Origin: Antedon mediterranea
Taxonomy: Eukaryota; Animalia; Echinodermata
Length of the DNA stretch: 64,000 bases
NCBI RefSeq assembly: GCF_964355755.1
Contig: NC_092674.1
Span: forward strand, 25,420,001-25,484,000
Direction of reading: 5' to 3'
The position numbers and the translations under genes are program-made. The notes beneath the pieces were generated by a model, which saw nothing but the letters and a program-made list of their open reading frames with translations, was not told where the DNA came from and ran no database searches. Below, piece after piece: positions 63,432 through 64,000 of this stretch (within the stretch, counting starts at the first letter, position 1; every line of letters begins with the position of its first letter).

Positions 63432-64000
63432 CTGCTCCAGTGGACCAAATTTAGCACCGGTGGAGCACAGTGATATAAAATAGAAATAAGTCACTAATTT
63501 TAATATCTTTTCGTATGTAAATACACTGTGCTCAAGTGGACACAATTTGGCGCCAGTGAGGAGCACAGTGATATAAAATAGAAATAAGTCACTGAATTTT
63601 AATATCTGTTCGTATGTTGATAACACTGTGCTCAAGTGGACACAATTTGGAGCTAGGGGAGCACAATGATATAAATAGAAATAAATCACTGAATTTTAAT
63701 ATCTTTTCGTATGTTAATACACTGTGCTCAAGTGGACCCAATTTGGAGCCAGGGGAGCACAATGATATAAAATAGAAATAAATCACTGAATTTTAATATT
63801 TTTTCGTATGTTAATACACTGTGCTCAAGTGGACCAAATTTGGCGCCAGGAGAGCACAGTGATATAAAATAGAAATAAGTCACTGAATTTTAATATCTTT
63901 TCGTATGTTAATACACTGAGCTCACGTGGACCCAATTTGGAGCCAGGGGAGCACAGTGATATAAAATTGAAAAAAAGTCACTGAATTTTAATATCTTTTC
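63432..64000. repeat. Minisatellite, ~88-bp unit, at least 6 copies, runs off the window end
   Basis: Unit gagcacagtgatataaaatagaaataagtcactgaattttaatatcttttcgtatgttaatacactgtgctcaagtggac... Confidence 0.93.

Overview
AT-rich, intron-containing animal genomic DNA. A marine invertebrate deuterostome, probably an echinoderm, is inferred from the gene families and a Deu/Nin-like SINE. The ORF track misses most real genes because they are spliced, so I rebuilt exons by hand from GT-AG boundaries and reading phase. (1) 0.7-39 kb, minus strand: four tandem paralogs share the plan signal exon / 'WNFFF' exon / 'HWGR' exon / short-chain-collagen-C4-like domain exon. Three are intact secreted proteins of about 235-245 aa. 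In the fourth (16339->2272) an array of phase-1/1 modules sits in the phase-1 intron: 6 F-type lectin domains, 2 copies of an unnamed ~157-aa domain, 1 SUEL lectin and 8 linker micro-exons. Its original C4 exons have decayed, giving a predicted ~1490-aa multivalent lectin. (2) 40-49 kb: three two-exon genes for secreted prepropeptides with pure polyglycine tracts (55, 91 and 58 Gly) and different cationic tails. (3) 49.5-58.3 kb: two tandem SLC16/MCT-like transporter genes, the second with a 701-bp insertion between 39-bp direct repeats in exon 3. (4) 59.5-62.4 kb: an F-box/LRR gene. LINE fragments, an Academ-like fragment, Helentron-like elements, MITEs, tRNA-SINEs and minisatellites are interspersed. 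All gene models are manual predictions without transcript support.
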